36,861 nt of DNA from sequence record SRR31156797_3935. One strand, written 5' to 3'. Position numbers and translations under genes: made by a program. Positions 8,675-18,197 of the stretch are shown one piece after another. The notes beneath the pieces were generated by a model. The model had not been told where the DNA came from and searched no databases. It worked only from the letters and a program-made list of their open reading frames with translations. How positions within the stretch are numbered: the first letter of the stretch is position 1; the number at the start of each line of letters is the position of its first letter.

Positions 8675-9142
8675 ATGACTTCTGACTCTGCAATATTCGT
8701 AGTTAAAACAACAGCGAATCAGGAACGTTCAGTTGCAAATATGATAACGCAGTCCGCAAGGAAAGAACATTTGGATCTCAGGGCAATTCTTGCACCTGAC
8801 GAACTGAAGGGATATGTGCTTATAGAGGCAGTAAACCCGGGAGATGTAGAGCAGGCAATACAGACTGTTCCTCATGCCAGGGCTCTTGTCAAAGGGCAGT
8901 CATCTATAGAAGAGATATCACATTTCCTTACACCAAAACCGACAGTTACAGGAATATCAGAAGGTGCAATCATCGAGATCACATCCGGTCCTTTCAAAGG
9001 CGAGAAAGCCCGTGTGAAGAGAGTGGATGAAGGTCACGAAGAAATAACTGTGGAGTTGTTCGATGCAGTTGTACCGATACCTATAACTATTCGCGGTGAT
9101 ACTGTTAGAGTCCTCAGGAAAGACGAAGAGAAAAATGTCTGA
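8675..9142 (+). CDS. spt5: Transcription elongation factor Spt5 (NusG)
   Basis: NGN domain VKTTANQE...KGYVLIEA and KOW motif SGPFKGEKA; start set at ATG 8675. Confidence 0.96.
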   Translation: MTSDSAIFVVKTTANQERSVANMITQSARKEHLDLRAILAPDELKGYVLIEAVNPGDVEQAIQTVPHARALVKGQSSIEEISHFLTPKPTVTGISEGAIIEITSGPFKGEKARVKRVDEGHEEITVELFDAVVPIPITIRGDTVRVLRKDEEKNV

Positions 9143-9192
9143 GAACCTGAACTTACAATATAATATTTACACAATTCAATGGTGATATTCAA

Positions 9193-9678
9193 ATGGCAAA
9201 TGTTGTTGAAGCATTGGTCCCAGGAGGGAAAGCAAATCCAGGTCCACCACTCGGCCCTGCACTTGGTCCCCTTGGAATTAACATAAAAGACGTGATCGAC
9301 AAGATCAACGAAAAGACAAACGATTACAATGGGATGCAAGTCCCGGTCAAGGTAATAGTAGCAGACGACAAGAGTTTTGAGATTGAAGTCGGAACTCCGC
9401 CAACATCTGCACTTATATTACAGGAAGCTGGAATCCAGAAGGGATCCGGCGAGCCAAACACCGTGACCGTTGGAAACATAACAATTCCACAGGCAGCAAA
9501 GATTGCACGTATGAAGAAAGATGACATACTCTCATACGACCTGAAAGCTGCTGTTAAAGAAGTACTTGGTTCCTGTGTCCCTATGGGCGTAACTGCTGAA
9601 GGTATGACTGCAAAGGAATGCCAGAAAGCAATTGATGAGGGACAGTACGACGACGTACTTGCACAGGAAGCATGGTAA
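9193..9678 (+). CDS. rpl11: 50S ribosomal protein L11 (uL11)
   Basis: GGKANPGPPLGPALGPLG, VPVKV and PPTSAL motifs. Confidence 0.98.
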   Translation: MANVVEALVPGGKANPGPPLGPALGPLGINIKDVIDKINEKTNDYNGMQVPVKVIVADDKSFEIEVGTPPTSALILQEAGIQKGSGEPNTVTVGNITIPQAAKIARMKKDDILSYDLKAAVKEVLGSCVPMGVTAEGMTAKECQKAIDEGQYDDVLAQEAW

Positions 9679-9700
9679 TCCCATGCTTTAAACCAATAAC

Positions 9701-9842
9701 TTTAAAATAAATACAAATTATTGGTGTCCGCACCATATAATAGACAGAGGGAAGGTCACCAGACCTGAAACTCTAAACAGATCCGTAGTAGACCGTAACG
9801 GTCCTGCCTGAACCTTGAGTTCAACACTACGGGAGGTAAAGA
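9701..9842 (+). promoter_or_regulatory. Putative rpl1-rpl10-rpl12 promoter and structured leader with a uL1-binding-like hairpin
   Basis: TATA-like TTTAAAAT at 9701; hairpin AGAG-GGA-AGGTC-ACCA-GACCT-GAAA-CTCT at 9746-9774; multibranch stem 9783-9832 overlapping the SD. Confidence 0.6.
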
Positions 9843-10484
9843 ATGGCAGACGAAACAACAGTAGAAGCTATTGAAAAGTTATTAGCTGAGTCACCTGAGA
9901 GGAAATTCTCCGAGGGTATCGAACTTGCTATTAACTTAAAGAATCTGGATATGAGTCAGCCTAAGAACCGTGTTGATGAAGAAATATTACTTCCAAACGG
10001 ATTAGGTAAAGACCTCAGAATCGCAGTATTTGCGAAAGGAGAGGTTGGCCTCCAGGCTAAAGATGCTGGCGCAGAGAACGTCTTCACCGAAGAGGATCTT
10101 GCAGAGATGGCAGAGGATAAGTCACGTGCAAGATCAGTTGCCAATGAATACGACTTCTTCATCGCAGAAGTACAGTACATGGCACAGATCGGTAAGGCAC
10201 TTGGTGCTATCCTTGGTCCTAGAGGAAAGATGCCAACCCCATTGCCACCAGGAAAGAACGTGGGCGATCTTATCAAGAGTGCAAAAGGCTCAATAAGGGT
10301 AAGATCAAAGGACAAACTCACTTTCCACGTATCCGTTGGCCGCAGGGACATGGAACTCCAGAAACTTGCAGAGAACGTAGAAACAGTCCTTAGCAGAGTG
10401 GAAGGCGCCCTTGAAAAAGGTAAGCACAACATAAAATCAATTTATGTTACCACCACCATGGGAAAATCAGTGAGGGTGCTATAA
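9843..10484 (+). CDS. rpl1: 50S ribosomal protein L1 (uL1)
   Basis: RKFSEGIELAINLK, LGPRGKMP and TTTMG motifs. Confidence 0.98.
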   Translation: MADETTVEAIEKLLAESPERKFSEGIELAINLKNLDMSQPKNRVDEEILLPNGLGKDLRIAVFAKGEVGLQAKDAGAENVFTEEDLAEMAEDKSRARSVANEYDFFIAEVQYMAQIGKALGAILGPRGKMPTPLPPGKNVGDLIKSAKGSIRVRSKDKLTFHVSVGRRDMELQKLAENVETVLSRVEGALEKGKHNIKSIYVTTTMGKSVRVL

Positions 10485-11512
10485 TGGAAGAAGACCACCA
10501 CACAAGCCACATCCCACAGTGGAAGAAGGATGAAGTTGAAGAGATTAAGGAACTCATCAGCAAATACCCGATCATTGGTGTCGTAGGTATTGGTGGAATT
10601 CCTGCAAAGCAACTTCAGAAAATGAGAAGGGACCTTAAGGACAAGGCTGTTTTGAAAGTCTCAAGGAACACTCTTATGAGAAGAGCCCTTGATCAGTCCA
10701 GTGATGATGTAAAGGAAATGGACAAGTACATTGACGTACAGACTGCCCTTATATTCACAGAACAGAATCCTTTCAAGTTGTTCAAGATACTGGAACAGAG
10801 CAAGAGCCCATCCCCTATCAAAGCAGGTACAATCGCACCTCGTGACATCATCGTCGAAAAGGGCGAAACATCATTCCCACCAGGACCGATACTCGGTGAC
10901 ATGCAGCAGGCAGGAATCCCTGCAGCTATTGACGGTGGAAAGGTCGTGATCAGCGAGACAAAGGCCGTTGCAGTCGAAGGCGATGCAGTTTCACAGAAAC
11001 TTGCTGCAATGCTTACAAGACTTGAGATCTACCCAATGGAAGTAGGTCTTGACCTTAGAGCAGCTTTCGAGAACGGATCGATCTTCACACCAGATGTACT
11101 GGCAATTGACGAGGATAAATACTTCTCCGATATCGTACTGGCAACACAGCAGGCGTTCAACACATCCGTGTTCGCAGCATACCCAACCGCAGAGAACATC
11201 AAGACACTCGTTGCAAAGGCAGCAACAGAGTCACGCAACCTTGGTATCAATGCAGTGGTACTGGAGCCAGAGATTATCGACGCACTTCTTGGAAAAGCAC
11301 AGTCAGAGATGCTTTCAGTTGCATCAGCAGCATCTGCTAACAATGATGAAGCAGTTGACGATGAACTGAAGGAAGCACTTGGTGCTGCAGCAAGCGCAGC
11401 AGCAGCCGCTCCGGCAGAGACTGTTGAAGAAGAAGAGAAGGAAGAGGAAGCAGAAGAAGAGGAAGAAGCAGAAGAGGACGGTATGGCCGGACTTGGAGCA
11501 CTCTTTGGATGA
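10484..11512 (+). CDS. rpl10: 50S ribosomal protein L10/P0 (uL10)
   Basis: IPQWKKDEV, LQKMRRDL, RNTL, Ala/Glu-rich hinge and GLGALFG terminus; TAATG overlap with rpl1. Confidence 0.97.
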   Translation: MEEDHHTSHIPQWKKDEVEEIKELISKYPIIGVVGIGGIPAKQLQKMRRDLKDKAVLKVSRNTLMRRALDQSSDDVKEMDKYIDVQTALIFTEQNPFKLFKILEQSKSPSPIKAGTIAPRDIIVEKGETSFPPGPILGDMQQAGIPAAIDGGKVVISETKAVAVEGDAVSQKLAAMLTRLEIYPMEVGLDLRAAFENGSIFTPDVLAIDEDKYFSDIVLATQQAFNTSVFAAYPTAENIKTLVAKAATESRNLGINAVVLEPEIIDALLGKAQSEMLSVASAASANNDEAVDDELKEALGAAASAAAAAPAETVEEEEKEEEAEEEEEAEEDGMAGLGALFG

Positions 11513-11565
11513 TCAGAATTAACAAACTACAGAATTTACATTGATAAAATAAAAGGTGATTTCAC

Positions 11566-11877
11566 ATGGAATACATATATGCAGCACTTTTACTCCACAA
11601 AGCAGGTAAAGACATTACAGAAGAAGCAGTTACAGCAGTACTTCAGGCAGCAGGCGTAGACGTTGACGACTCACGTGCAAAGGCACTTGTCGCAGCTCTT
11701 GATGGCGTAGACATCGAAGAGGCTATGGCAACCGCAGCAGTCGCAGCAGCTCCAGCAGCAGGTGCAGCACCAGCAGCAGCAGCTGATGAAGTTCCAGCAG
11801 AAGAAGCAGCAGCTGAAGAAGAAGAGGAAGAAGCAGAAGAGAGCGGCATGGCTGGTCTTGGAGCACTTTTCGGATAA
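11566..11877 (+). CDS. rpl12: 50S ribosomal stalk protein L12/aP1
   Basis: [11 protein letters not shown] start, Ala-rich hinge and EEE...GLGALFG terminus. Confidence 0.98.
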   Translation: MEYIYAALLLHKAGKDITEEAVTAVLQAAGVDVDDSRAKALVAALDGVDIEEAMATAAVAAAPAAGAAPAAAADEVPAEEAAAEEEEEEAEESGMAGLGALFG

Positions 11878-11890
11878 ACAAACTGTTTTC

Positions 11891-11924
11891 TGTCCGCCTT
11901 TGTGCGGACACCCATTCTTTTTTT
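11891..11924 (+). terminator. Terminator of the ribosomal protein operon
   Basis: TGTCCGC-CTTTGT-GCGGACA hairpin followed by T7 at 11918-11924, between convergent genes. Confidence 0.6.
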
Positions 11925-12576
11925 AATCAGCTTTCCTGTAAAGCTGGCATTTTACATAGGATTTGATATATATCTCATTTTCAAGGGCCAGGCCATATTC
12001 CATGCAAATATCGGGATAATGGTTGTTCCAGCTATCCGCAGTTTCCTTGAACATGAAAAAAGGAAGCATCATTACAGTATCCAGTCCCAGAATAGGCTTT
12101 GCACAGTCAATGATGGCAAAGAAGGCATCATTCTCCAATACGCGTGAAACTTCCCGAATAGCGCCTTTACGTACATCGGAATTTGTTTCACAGAAAGCCA
12201 CCGACGTAACTACAAGGTCGAATGCATTATCATGGAAAGGAAGCATATCCATACTTCCCCTGTAAAGATTCAGAGGTATGTTAATACGTTTGCTCTTTTC
12301 AGTTGCATATCCCAGCTGGACACCAGAAAGGTCCAGTCCATGGATATCAACATCCCCGTCAAGACGTTCTGATATAGCAATTCCTACTGACTCCGTCCCG
12401 CATCCAAGATCAAGTACAGACATACCACTTTCCAGAGGAAGGACTGATGCTACATGCTCGTAGTAAGAATGGCCGAAACCAAGGACGGTGGCAAATACAT
12501 CATAATGCCTACCACCAAAGAACCAGCCAAAATTGTTTCCTTTACTATTGGACTTATTAGTAATTTGCAACACCAA
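11923..12576 (-). CDS. Class I SAM-dependent methyltransferase (UbiE/MenG-like)
   Basis: VLDLGCGT, GLDLS, LPFHDNAFDLV and EVSRVL motifs; start codon uncertain (TTG/GTG). Confidence 0.85.
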   Translation of the reverse strand: MVLQITNKSNSKGNNFGWFFGGRHYDVFATVLGFGHSYYEHVASVLPLESGMSVLDLGCGTESVGIAISERLDGDVDIHGLDLSGVQLGYATEKSKRINIPLNLYRGSMDMLPFHDNAFDLVVTSVAFCETNSDVRKGAIREVSRVLENDAFFAIIDCAKPILGLDTVMMLPFFMFKETADSWNNHYPDICMEYGLALENEIYIKSYVKCQLYRKAD

Positions 12577-12624
12577 ATAAAATATTGGTGGCGAAGTATT
12601 TTACTTTTACCTCCCAAATTAGCT

Positions 12625-14313
12625 CTAGGAGTTCCTTGTGAAAAGCAATGCGAACAGGAATATTGCACTTATGAACCCAACAGCCCCCATAAATGGCAGG
12701 TAACCATCGCCATTGATAGCAAGGTATGCGGAAGACACCAGGATTCCAAGAAGGAAAACGTACTTTGCAACAGAGTCTATTGTCCTGTACCGCCTTATCT
12801 CATCGGTCTTCTTTTCAAGCCGCTCTATCTTATAGCCCCTGATGGTCTCAATAACGTCATTGATACCCTGTGGAAGTTCCTTGATGATCTCCAGATATCT
12901 GTCACCTTCCAGTTGCAGGTACTCAAATGCCTCGAATGGGGAATAACGCTTCATAAGTACTTTCATGATAACAGGTTTAGCATTTTCCAGCAGGTTGAAC
13001 CTCGGATCAAGCTCAAGACAATTAGCCTCGATAAGTATCAGAGCCCTTTCAAGTGTTGAGAATTCAGTTGGCAGGGACAGGTCATACTTCAGACCCAGGG
13101 TTGCATAATTATCACTCTGGCGCTCACCGGATGAGTAATTCTGCTTCGATATTATATCATCAAGATCAAGCTTAAACCTGCGTACATTGATATCTTCACT
13201 ATTTACTCCGGTGATCTTCATAAATGATTCAAATACCACATCAAGTCTTTTCTTGTAAATACCATAGAAAAGATTGAGCATATTACGTCGAAGTTCATCA
13301 TCAATTGTACCCACTGCACCAAAGTCGATATAGGCAATACCATCTTCCTGCAGTATTATGTTGGAGCTATGGGGGTCAGCATGATAGAAACCATCAATGT
13401 AAACCTGCTGGAGATAACTTTTACTGATAATATCGGCATACCATTTTTTCTTTTCAGATGATACGTCTGAAAGCTTCCTGATGGTTACGCCTTCCATATA
13501 ATCCATGACAAGAACATTCTCATTGGAAAAATCACCATATATGTGTGGAACGTTAACCTCATCAACATCTGCGAAATTCTCTTCAAAGCGCCTGATATTT
13601 CTTGCCTCGTTGCTCAGATCAAGCTCACGGTTGAGAAGCTCACTGAATTCATAAAGGAAACCATCAATATCAAAATTCTTCCCAAGGCCAATAGCCCTTA
13701 CAATAAGGGGTTTGATGTCATTTAGTATGGCAAGATCAAGATTAATCGTCTTTATTAAATTAGGTCTTGTGATTTTTACAGCTACCTTTTTCCCATTAAG
13801 CTTTGCCTCATAAACCTGAGCTATGGAAGCACATGCAATCGGCTCGGTGTTGAACTCATCAAATATTTCCAGAACATCAATATTCGAACCTGAAAGAGTT
13901 TCATTGACCTCACCCGTATCTATGCTGCAACTGAAACCCTCAAAGGCCACCTTCATCCCATCAAATTCAAGTGGATTGACGTTGTCCTGAAGGTTCCCGA
14001 GTTCCTCTATGTATATACCAGGAACGATATCAGGCCTCTTACTCAGGATCTGACCCAGTTTTATAAATGTTGGACCAAGTTCCTCCAGGGCTTTCCTGAG
14101 CTTCACAGCCTTTTCTCTGTTTTTAGAATCAATCCCACAGGGGTTTCTTTTGTTGGAAACGTAGTACTGGTTTACCTCAGTGTACAGGAGACTGAACAGA
14201 CTGTATTTTGAAAATACCCTAAAAATAGTAACGTACCTGCGGATCTTCCTGAACATCAATACTATGTTTGGTCTGTTAGTAGATATATGTTCGCGTAGGC
14301 TATTTTTTCCCAT
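12625..14313 (-). CDS. ABC1/UbiB (AarF) atypical kinase-like ATPase with two C-terminal TM helices
   Basis: LGPTFIKLGQ (KxGQ), Ala-rich loop ACASIAQV, VAVK, HADPH..N and DFG; start overlaps the cbiO end by 14 nt. Confidence 0.93.
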   Translation of the reverse strand: MGKNSLREHISTNRPNIVLMFRKIRRYVTIFRVFSKYSLFSLLYTEVNQYYVSNKRNPCGIDSKNREKAVKLRKALEELGPTFIKLGQILSKRPDIVPGIYIEELGNLQDNVNPLEFDGMKVAFEGFSCSIDTGEVNETLSGSNIDVLEIFDEFNTEPIACASIAQVYEAKLNGKKVAVKITRPNLIKTINLDLAILNDIKPLIVRAIGLGKNFDIDGFLYEFSELLNRELDLSNEARNIRRFEENFADVDEVNVPHIYGDFSNENVLVMDYMEGVTIRKLSDVSSEKKKWYADIISKSYLQQVYIDGFYHADPHSSNIILQEDGIAYIDFGAVGTIDDELRRNMLNLFYGIYKKRLDVVFESFMKITGVNSEDINVRRFKLDLDDIISKQNYSSGERQSDNYATLGLKYDLSLPTEFSTLERALILIEANCLELDPRFNLLENAKPVIMKVLMKRYSPFEAFEYLQLEGDRYLEIIKELPQGINDVIETIRGYKIERLEKKTDEIRRYRTIDSVAKYVFLLGILVSSAYLAINGDGYLPFMGAVGFISAIFLFALLFTRNS

Positions 14314-15226
14314 TACGATGATGGTTATAGGAGTTCATCACAGCAGATATCTCTTTATGAGTATGCTCATGAATATGCAGGTGAACATGGCCTTCTGTGC
14401 CTTCAATTGTCTTTGTCAGTATCTCCACTGCCTCATCAAAGGATAATGGCAGATCATCTGAAGAATAGCCAAAACAGTTCAGGACCTTGAATAGCTTGAA
14501 GACATCAGGTGCTTCCAGACTATTTTCCTTAAGAAGCGCCCAGTCTGAGAAAATCTCCCTTGGAGAGCCTTCCGCAACTATACGCTTGTTCAATACATAA
14601 ACACGATCTGCAAGTGCAGGAAGTGCATTAACATCGTGCATGGCAATAATTGTGGTTATTCCATCAATCTCATTCAGGTCGCTGATAAGGCTGATAAAAT
14701 CTGCCCGGCTTTTTGGGTCCAGATTAGCTGTGGGCTCATCCAGTACCAGCACTTTTGGCTCCATTGAAAGCACCGCAGCAAGTGCCACCCTTTTTTTCTG
14801 CCCATAACTTAGATTGTGGGGAACTTTCTCCTCAAAACCTTCAAGACCTACTTTTGAAAGAGCTTTATGGACACGAACTTCCACTTCTTTTTCATCAAGG
14901 CCCATGTTTATAGGACCAAAAGCAACATCATCAAATACAGTAGGCATGAAAAGCTGATCATCCGGATCCTGGAAAACAACGCCTACCTGATGTATCTTGT
15001 CCTCTATTTTCAGGTCGGATATCCTTTTTCCAAAAACCCAGACATCTCCACCGGGGTTTTTGATAGTACCATTGAGATGCAGGAAAAATGTAGTCTTACC
15101 GGCACCGTTAGGGCCAACTACAACGACCTTTTCACCTTCGTTAATTGTGAGGTTTACATCCTCAAGGGCTTTTGTTCCGTCAGAATAGGAATAATTAAGA
15201 CCTTCGACCTTGATTGCTTCTACCAT
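14300..15226 (-). CDS. cbiO: ECF-type Co/Ni transporter ATPase (CbiO/NikO) with a His-rich tail
   Basis: GPNGAGKT, VFQDPDDQLF, LSYGQKKR and LDEPT motifs; start set at ATG 15226, overlapping the cbiQ stop. Confidence 0.92.
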   Translation of the reverse strand: MVEAIKVEGLNYSYSDGTKALEDVNLTINEGEKVVVVGPNGAGKTTFFLHLNGTIKNPGGDVWVFGKRISDLKIEDKIHQVGVVFQDPDDQLFMPTVFDDVAFGPINMGLDEKEVEVRVHKALSKVGLEGFEEKVPHNLSYGQKKRVALAAVLSMEPKVLVLDEPTANLDPKSRADFISLISDLNEIDGITTIIAMHDVNALPALADRVYVLNKRIVAEGSPREIFSDWALLKENSLEAPDVFKLFKVLNCFGYSSDDLPLSFDEAVEILTKTIEGTEGHVHLHIHEHTHKEISAVMNSYNHHRNGKK

Positions 15227-15987
15227 GATATGACCAATTGATAAACATGCACAAAGATAGCAATTCCCACCATACATGTGCTTAGTACATAATCTTTTGT
15301 GCCCATTTTCAAATGAACAAGTGTCCGTGGTGTGCCACTATAGCCCTTTGAAACCATTGACTCATAAACCCTTTTTGTCCTGTCATAGCTTTTAATGATG
15401 ATCATACCAAGCATATTTCCAAATATTGAAAGTCCATGGTAATTGGCTTTTAGGCTAAACCCCTTGCATTCCATTGATTCCCACATTCTGCTAAACTCAT
15501 CAGTTATAACAAAGATATAACGATAAGTGAACATGAGCATCTGCACAAGTGTGCCTGGGAGCTTCAGGGCATACAGAGCCTTCACTGTTATGTCAAACCT
15601 TGTAGTTGCCAGCATGGTAAGAGCAAGAGTTACTGCAGCCAGTGCCCTTATGATTACCAGAGAAGCAAATAGCAGGCCATCAAAGGTGACTGAAATCCCT
15701 GATATATCCGCAATTTCACTGCCTTCTACTGTAAATGGCATTACCAGCAACAGAGGAAATAGGAAGAAAAAAACCATCCTTATCCTTTTCAATGCGAATC
15801 CCAGCGGTAACCGGGATACAAGTAATATCAAAAAAGAGAAGAGAAATCCCAAAAAAGCGATCCTTATATCGTTAACAAAGACAAGTGAGAATATAAGAAA
15901 AGTAAATGACACTATCTTGGCCCGGGGATCGAAACGATGTATAGAGGAATCGATCGAAGCATATGCATCTATTTCCGGATATTCCAT
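15220..15987 (-). CDS. cbiQ: ECF-type Co/Ni transporter T component (CbiQ/NikQ)
   Basis: SSIHRFDPRAK and FTYRYIFV motifs, multiple TM helices, operon context. Confidence 0.92.
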   Translation of the reverse strand: MEYPEIDAYASIDSSIHRFDPRAKIVSFTFLIFSLVFVNDIRIAFLGFLFSFLILLVSRLPLGFALKRIRMVFFFLFPLLLVMPFTVEGSEIADISGISVTFDGLLFASLVIIRALAAVTLALTMLATTRFDITVKALYALKLPGTLVQMLMFTYRYIFVITDEFSRMWESMECKGFSLKANYHGLSIFGNMLGMIIIKSYDRTKRVYESMVSKGYSGTPRTLVHLKMGTKDYVLSTCMVGIAIFVHVYQLVISW

Positions 15988-16023
15988 TTAGCGTCACCTT
16001 TTACTCATAGTTTCAGAAATTAT

Positions 16024-16479
16024 CTACTTCGACCCTGACTTGCGTGCAGAAAGATACATTGCAATGCCTGCAATCCCGATGATATATCCAAAGCCTGCAC
16101 CTATTTTTGTTGCCATTGGGAGTTCTGCATCTGCAGTATCTGCAACTGCATCTCCTGACAGAGTGAAAGTCTTTTCAGTTTTGTGACCGCTTTCCAGAAC
16201 CTCTATTCTGTATTCAGATACACCGAGCTTCGGGGTGAAATATACCATACCGTCCGAATCGGTCCTATCCTCAATATAAAGATCTTCTTCACCGTTTTTG
16301 ATAGCATATATCGTAACTTCTGCATCAGCCATCGGATCTCCGCCACCGAACCAGGCTTTGATCTCAACCTCAGTGATAGTTTCCTGGACATATACCCTGT
16401 GTGCAGAAGCAGCAGGCATACATATCGCCAGAACCATGCTTAACAAAAACAGAATTTTTATTATCCTTAAAGAATTCAT
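16024..16479 (-). CDS. Membrane-anchored accessory component of the Ni/Co ECF transporter (NikL/CbiL-like)
   Basis: Signal peptide ending ASA|H, beta-rich extracellular domain (TDSDG, GH), C-terminal TM GFGYIIGIAGIAMY; lies between cbiM and cbiQ. Confidence 0.75.
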   Translation of the reverse strand: MNSLRIIKILFLLSMVLAICMPAASAHRVYVQETITEVEIKAWFGGGDPMADAEVTIYAIKNGEEDLYIEDRTDSDGMVYFTPKLGVSEYRIEVLESGHKTEKTFTLSGDAVADTADAELPMATKIGAGFGYIIGIAGIAMYLSARKSGSK

Positions 16480-16483
16480 GATC

Positions 16484-17104
16484 TCAAACCTCCCTGTACA
16501 GTTGTAACAACTCCGGCCTGACTTTCAAAATAAAGGTTACAACAGAACCTGTAATTATTCCCTCAATGATCATTACAGGGATATGAGCAACTACAACTGC
16601 ATAGGCAATTTCCGTGAAAGCCTCACCTGTTGTGATCAGCATCAAAGCCAGAAAGATCCCTGAAAGGATAACGCCCATTGCACCGCAGATGATACCCATT
16701 ACTGAAGGATTGATACCCCTGCGATATGCGTACCTGAATGTCCAGTACGCGAGAAGGGCAGGAACACCCATCATCACATTGTTGATACCGATGGTCGTAA
16801 TACCTCCATGCTGGAAAAGAAATGCCTGCAATGTCAGGCCAACAAGCATTGCTGGGAAGGCCATTATACCCAGTACGACTCCAAGAAGTCCGGTCATAAG
16901 CAGGTGTACGCTTGTAGGGCCTATGGAAACATGGACCAGAGATGCAACGAAAAAGGCACCTGTCATGATAGAGATCTTGGGGATCTCCTCAGCCATATCA
17001 TACCTGTATTTGCAACGCCAGAGGATGAAAGCATTAAGAACCAATGCAACGATCCAGCCGAAAACAATTACCGGAAAGGATAGCACACCATCTGAAATAT
17101 GCAT
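16484..17104 (-). CDS. cbiM: ECF-type Co/Ni transporter S component (CbiM/NikM)
   Basis: N-terminal MHISDG, SVHL, QAFLFQHGGITTIGIN and EGIIT motifs. Confidence 0.94.
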   Translation of the reverse strand: MHISDGVLSFPVIVFGWIVALVLNAFILWRCKYRYDMAEEIPKISIMTGAFFVASLVHVSIGPTSVHLLMTGLLGVVLGIMAFPAMLVGLTLQAFLFQHGGITTIGINNVMMGVPALLAYWTFRYAYRRGINPSVMGIICGAMGVILSGIFLALMLITTGEAFTEIAYAVVVAHIPVMIIEGIITGSVVTFILKVRPELLQLYREV

Positions 17105-17184
17105 AATTGTTACCTCATATGTATAATTTGGTATGAATTGTTTTTTAATTCATGTGATTTTGACTGAGAATGAATAACAATGTA

Positions 17185-17219
17185 TAAAAAAGGTTTGATA
17201 GGACGGAGAACACCCTATC
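17185..17219 (-). terminator. Intra-operon hairpin and U-tract after the DUF4198 gene
   Basis: Minus strand reads GATAGGGTG-TTCTC-CGTCCTATC (9 bp including G-U), then AAACC and TTTTTT. Confidence 0.5.
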
Positions 17220-17234
17220 TTATTTATCTATCCT

Positions 17235-18197
17235 TTATTCCTTCCTCATAGTTGTATAGAGAGCACCAAGTATTCCTGCAAGGGCTACTGTTGCAATAAA
17301 CCCTGGAGCACTTGCTGCATGGGATGAAGAGTCGACATCTTCAGCCTCAGCTGCACCTGCGGATGGAGCACTTTTTGCAGGAAATGACTCAATAACAGGA
17401 ACGATGAACACACCTCTTACAGGCTGTCCCTCTTCAGGTTCCATTGTCGCACCGACAAACCAGATACCAGGTTCATCCAGCGTGTAAAGGAAGTCTCCTG
17501 CATCATTAGATTTAGTGACTCTTGTGAAGACCATTGGTGCATCATAAGGATACATCTCTTCAGCTGCTTCCACTACCTCAATACCTTCCTCAAGGTCGTG
17601 GTATATCTCTATTTCCACATCAACGCCGGTGAGAGCTTCACCATTGTAGAGTGCTTTACCGGCAAAGACAAAACCTTCTTCCATTCCATATGGTCTCATG
17701 TAAGGAAGGATTTCCGTTTCCTGTCCTACCTCAGCATCCCAGCCGACCCACATCTCTTCACCACAGTGGATTACTGCTTTAGTGAAGTCTATCATATCCT
17801 CGTCGAGATCTTCATATTTTACAGAGACAACCGAGTCACCCATCTGGTCGACGGTGAATGAGGTCTTGTAGGCAACAAATGTACCCATGTTACCGTCCTC
17901 ATCCATACCGTCAACAGTTACTTCCTCAACTGCGAGTTCTTCGACTGTTCCATCTGGCTTTGTAACTGTTACTTCAGGTACCGTAGACATATCAAAAAGT
18001 ATGTGTTCGTAAGGATGACCCCACATCATATAGATATCCTTTGTGTCACCAAGTTCAGCAATGTAATCTTCAGGAGTTACATCCCATACGTCTTCTGCAC
18101 TGTCACCCGGGAAAACCATTGTGAAATGAGCACTTCCTATACCTGTGGAACAAAGCATTATTCCAATTAACAATAAGCTAAAGATAATCTTTCTCAT
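17235..18197 (-). CDS. DUF4198/NikK-like exported metal-uptake protein with a PGF-CTERM anchor
   Basis: ATG 18197 behind GGAGG; signal peptide GSA|HF; WGHPYE, EILP..RPYG and PGIWF motifs; ends PGF-TM-RKE; first gene of the ECF operon. Confidence 0.82.
   Translation of the reverse strand: MRKIIFSLLLIGIMLCSTGIGSAHFTMVFPGDSAEDVWDVTPEDYIAELGDTKDIYMMWGHPYEHILFDMSTVPEVTVTKPDGTVEELAVEEVTVDGMDEDGNMGTFVAYKTSFTVDQMGDSVVSVKYEDLDEDMIDFTKAVIHCGEEMWVGWDAEVGQETEILPYMRPYGMEEGFVFAGKALYNGEALTGVDVEIEIYHDLEEGIEVVEAAEEMYPYDAPMVFTRVTKSNDAGDFLYTLDEPGIWFVGATMEPEEGQPVRGVFIVPVIESFPAKSAPSAGAAEAEDVDSSSHAASAPGFIATVALAGILGALYTTMRKE

Noticed and set aside
11385..11877. GCA/GAA repeat tracts and the duplicated [10 protein letters not shown] ending
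   Set aside because: Normal Ala/Glu hinges and the shared C-terminus of archaeal P0 and P1 stalk proteins, not a repeat element.
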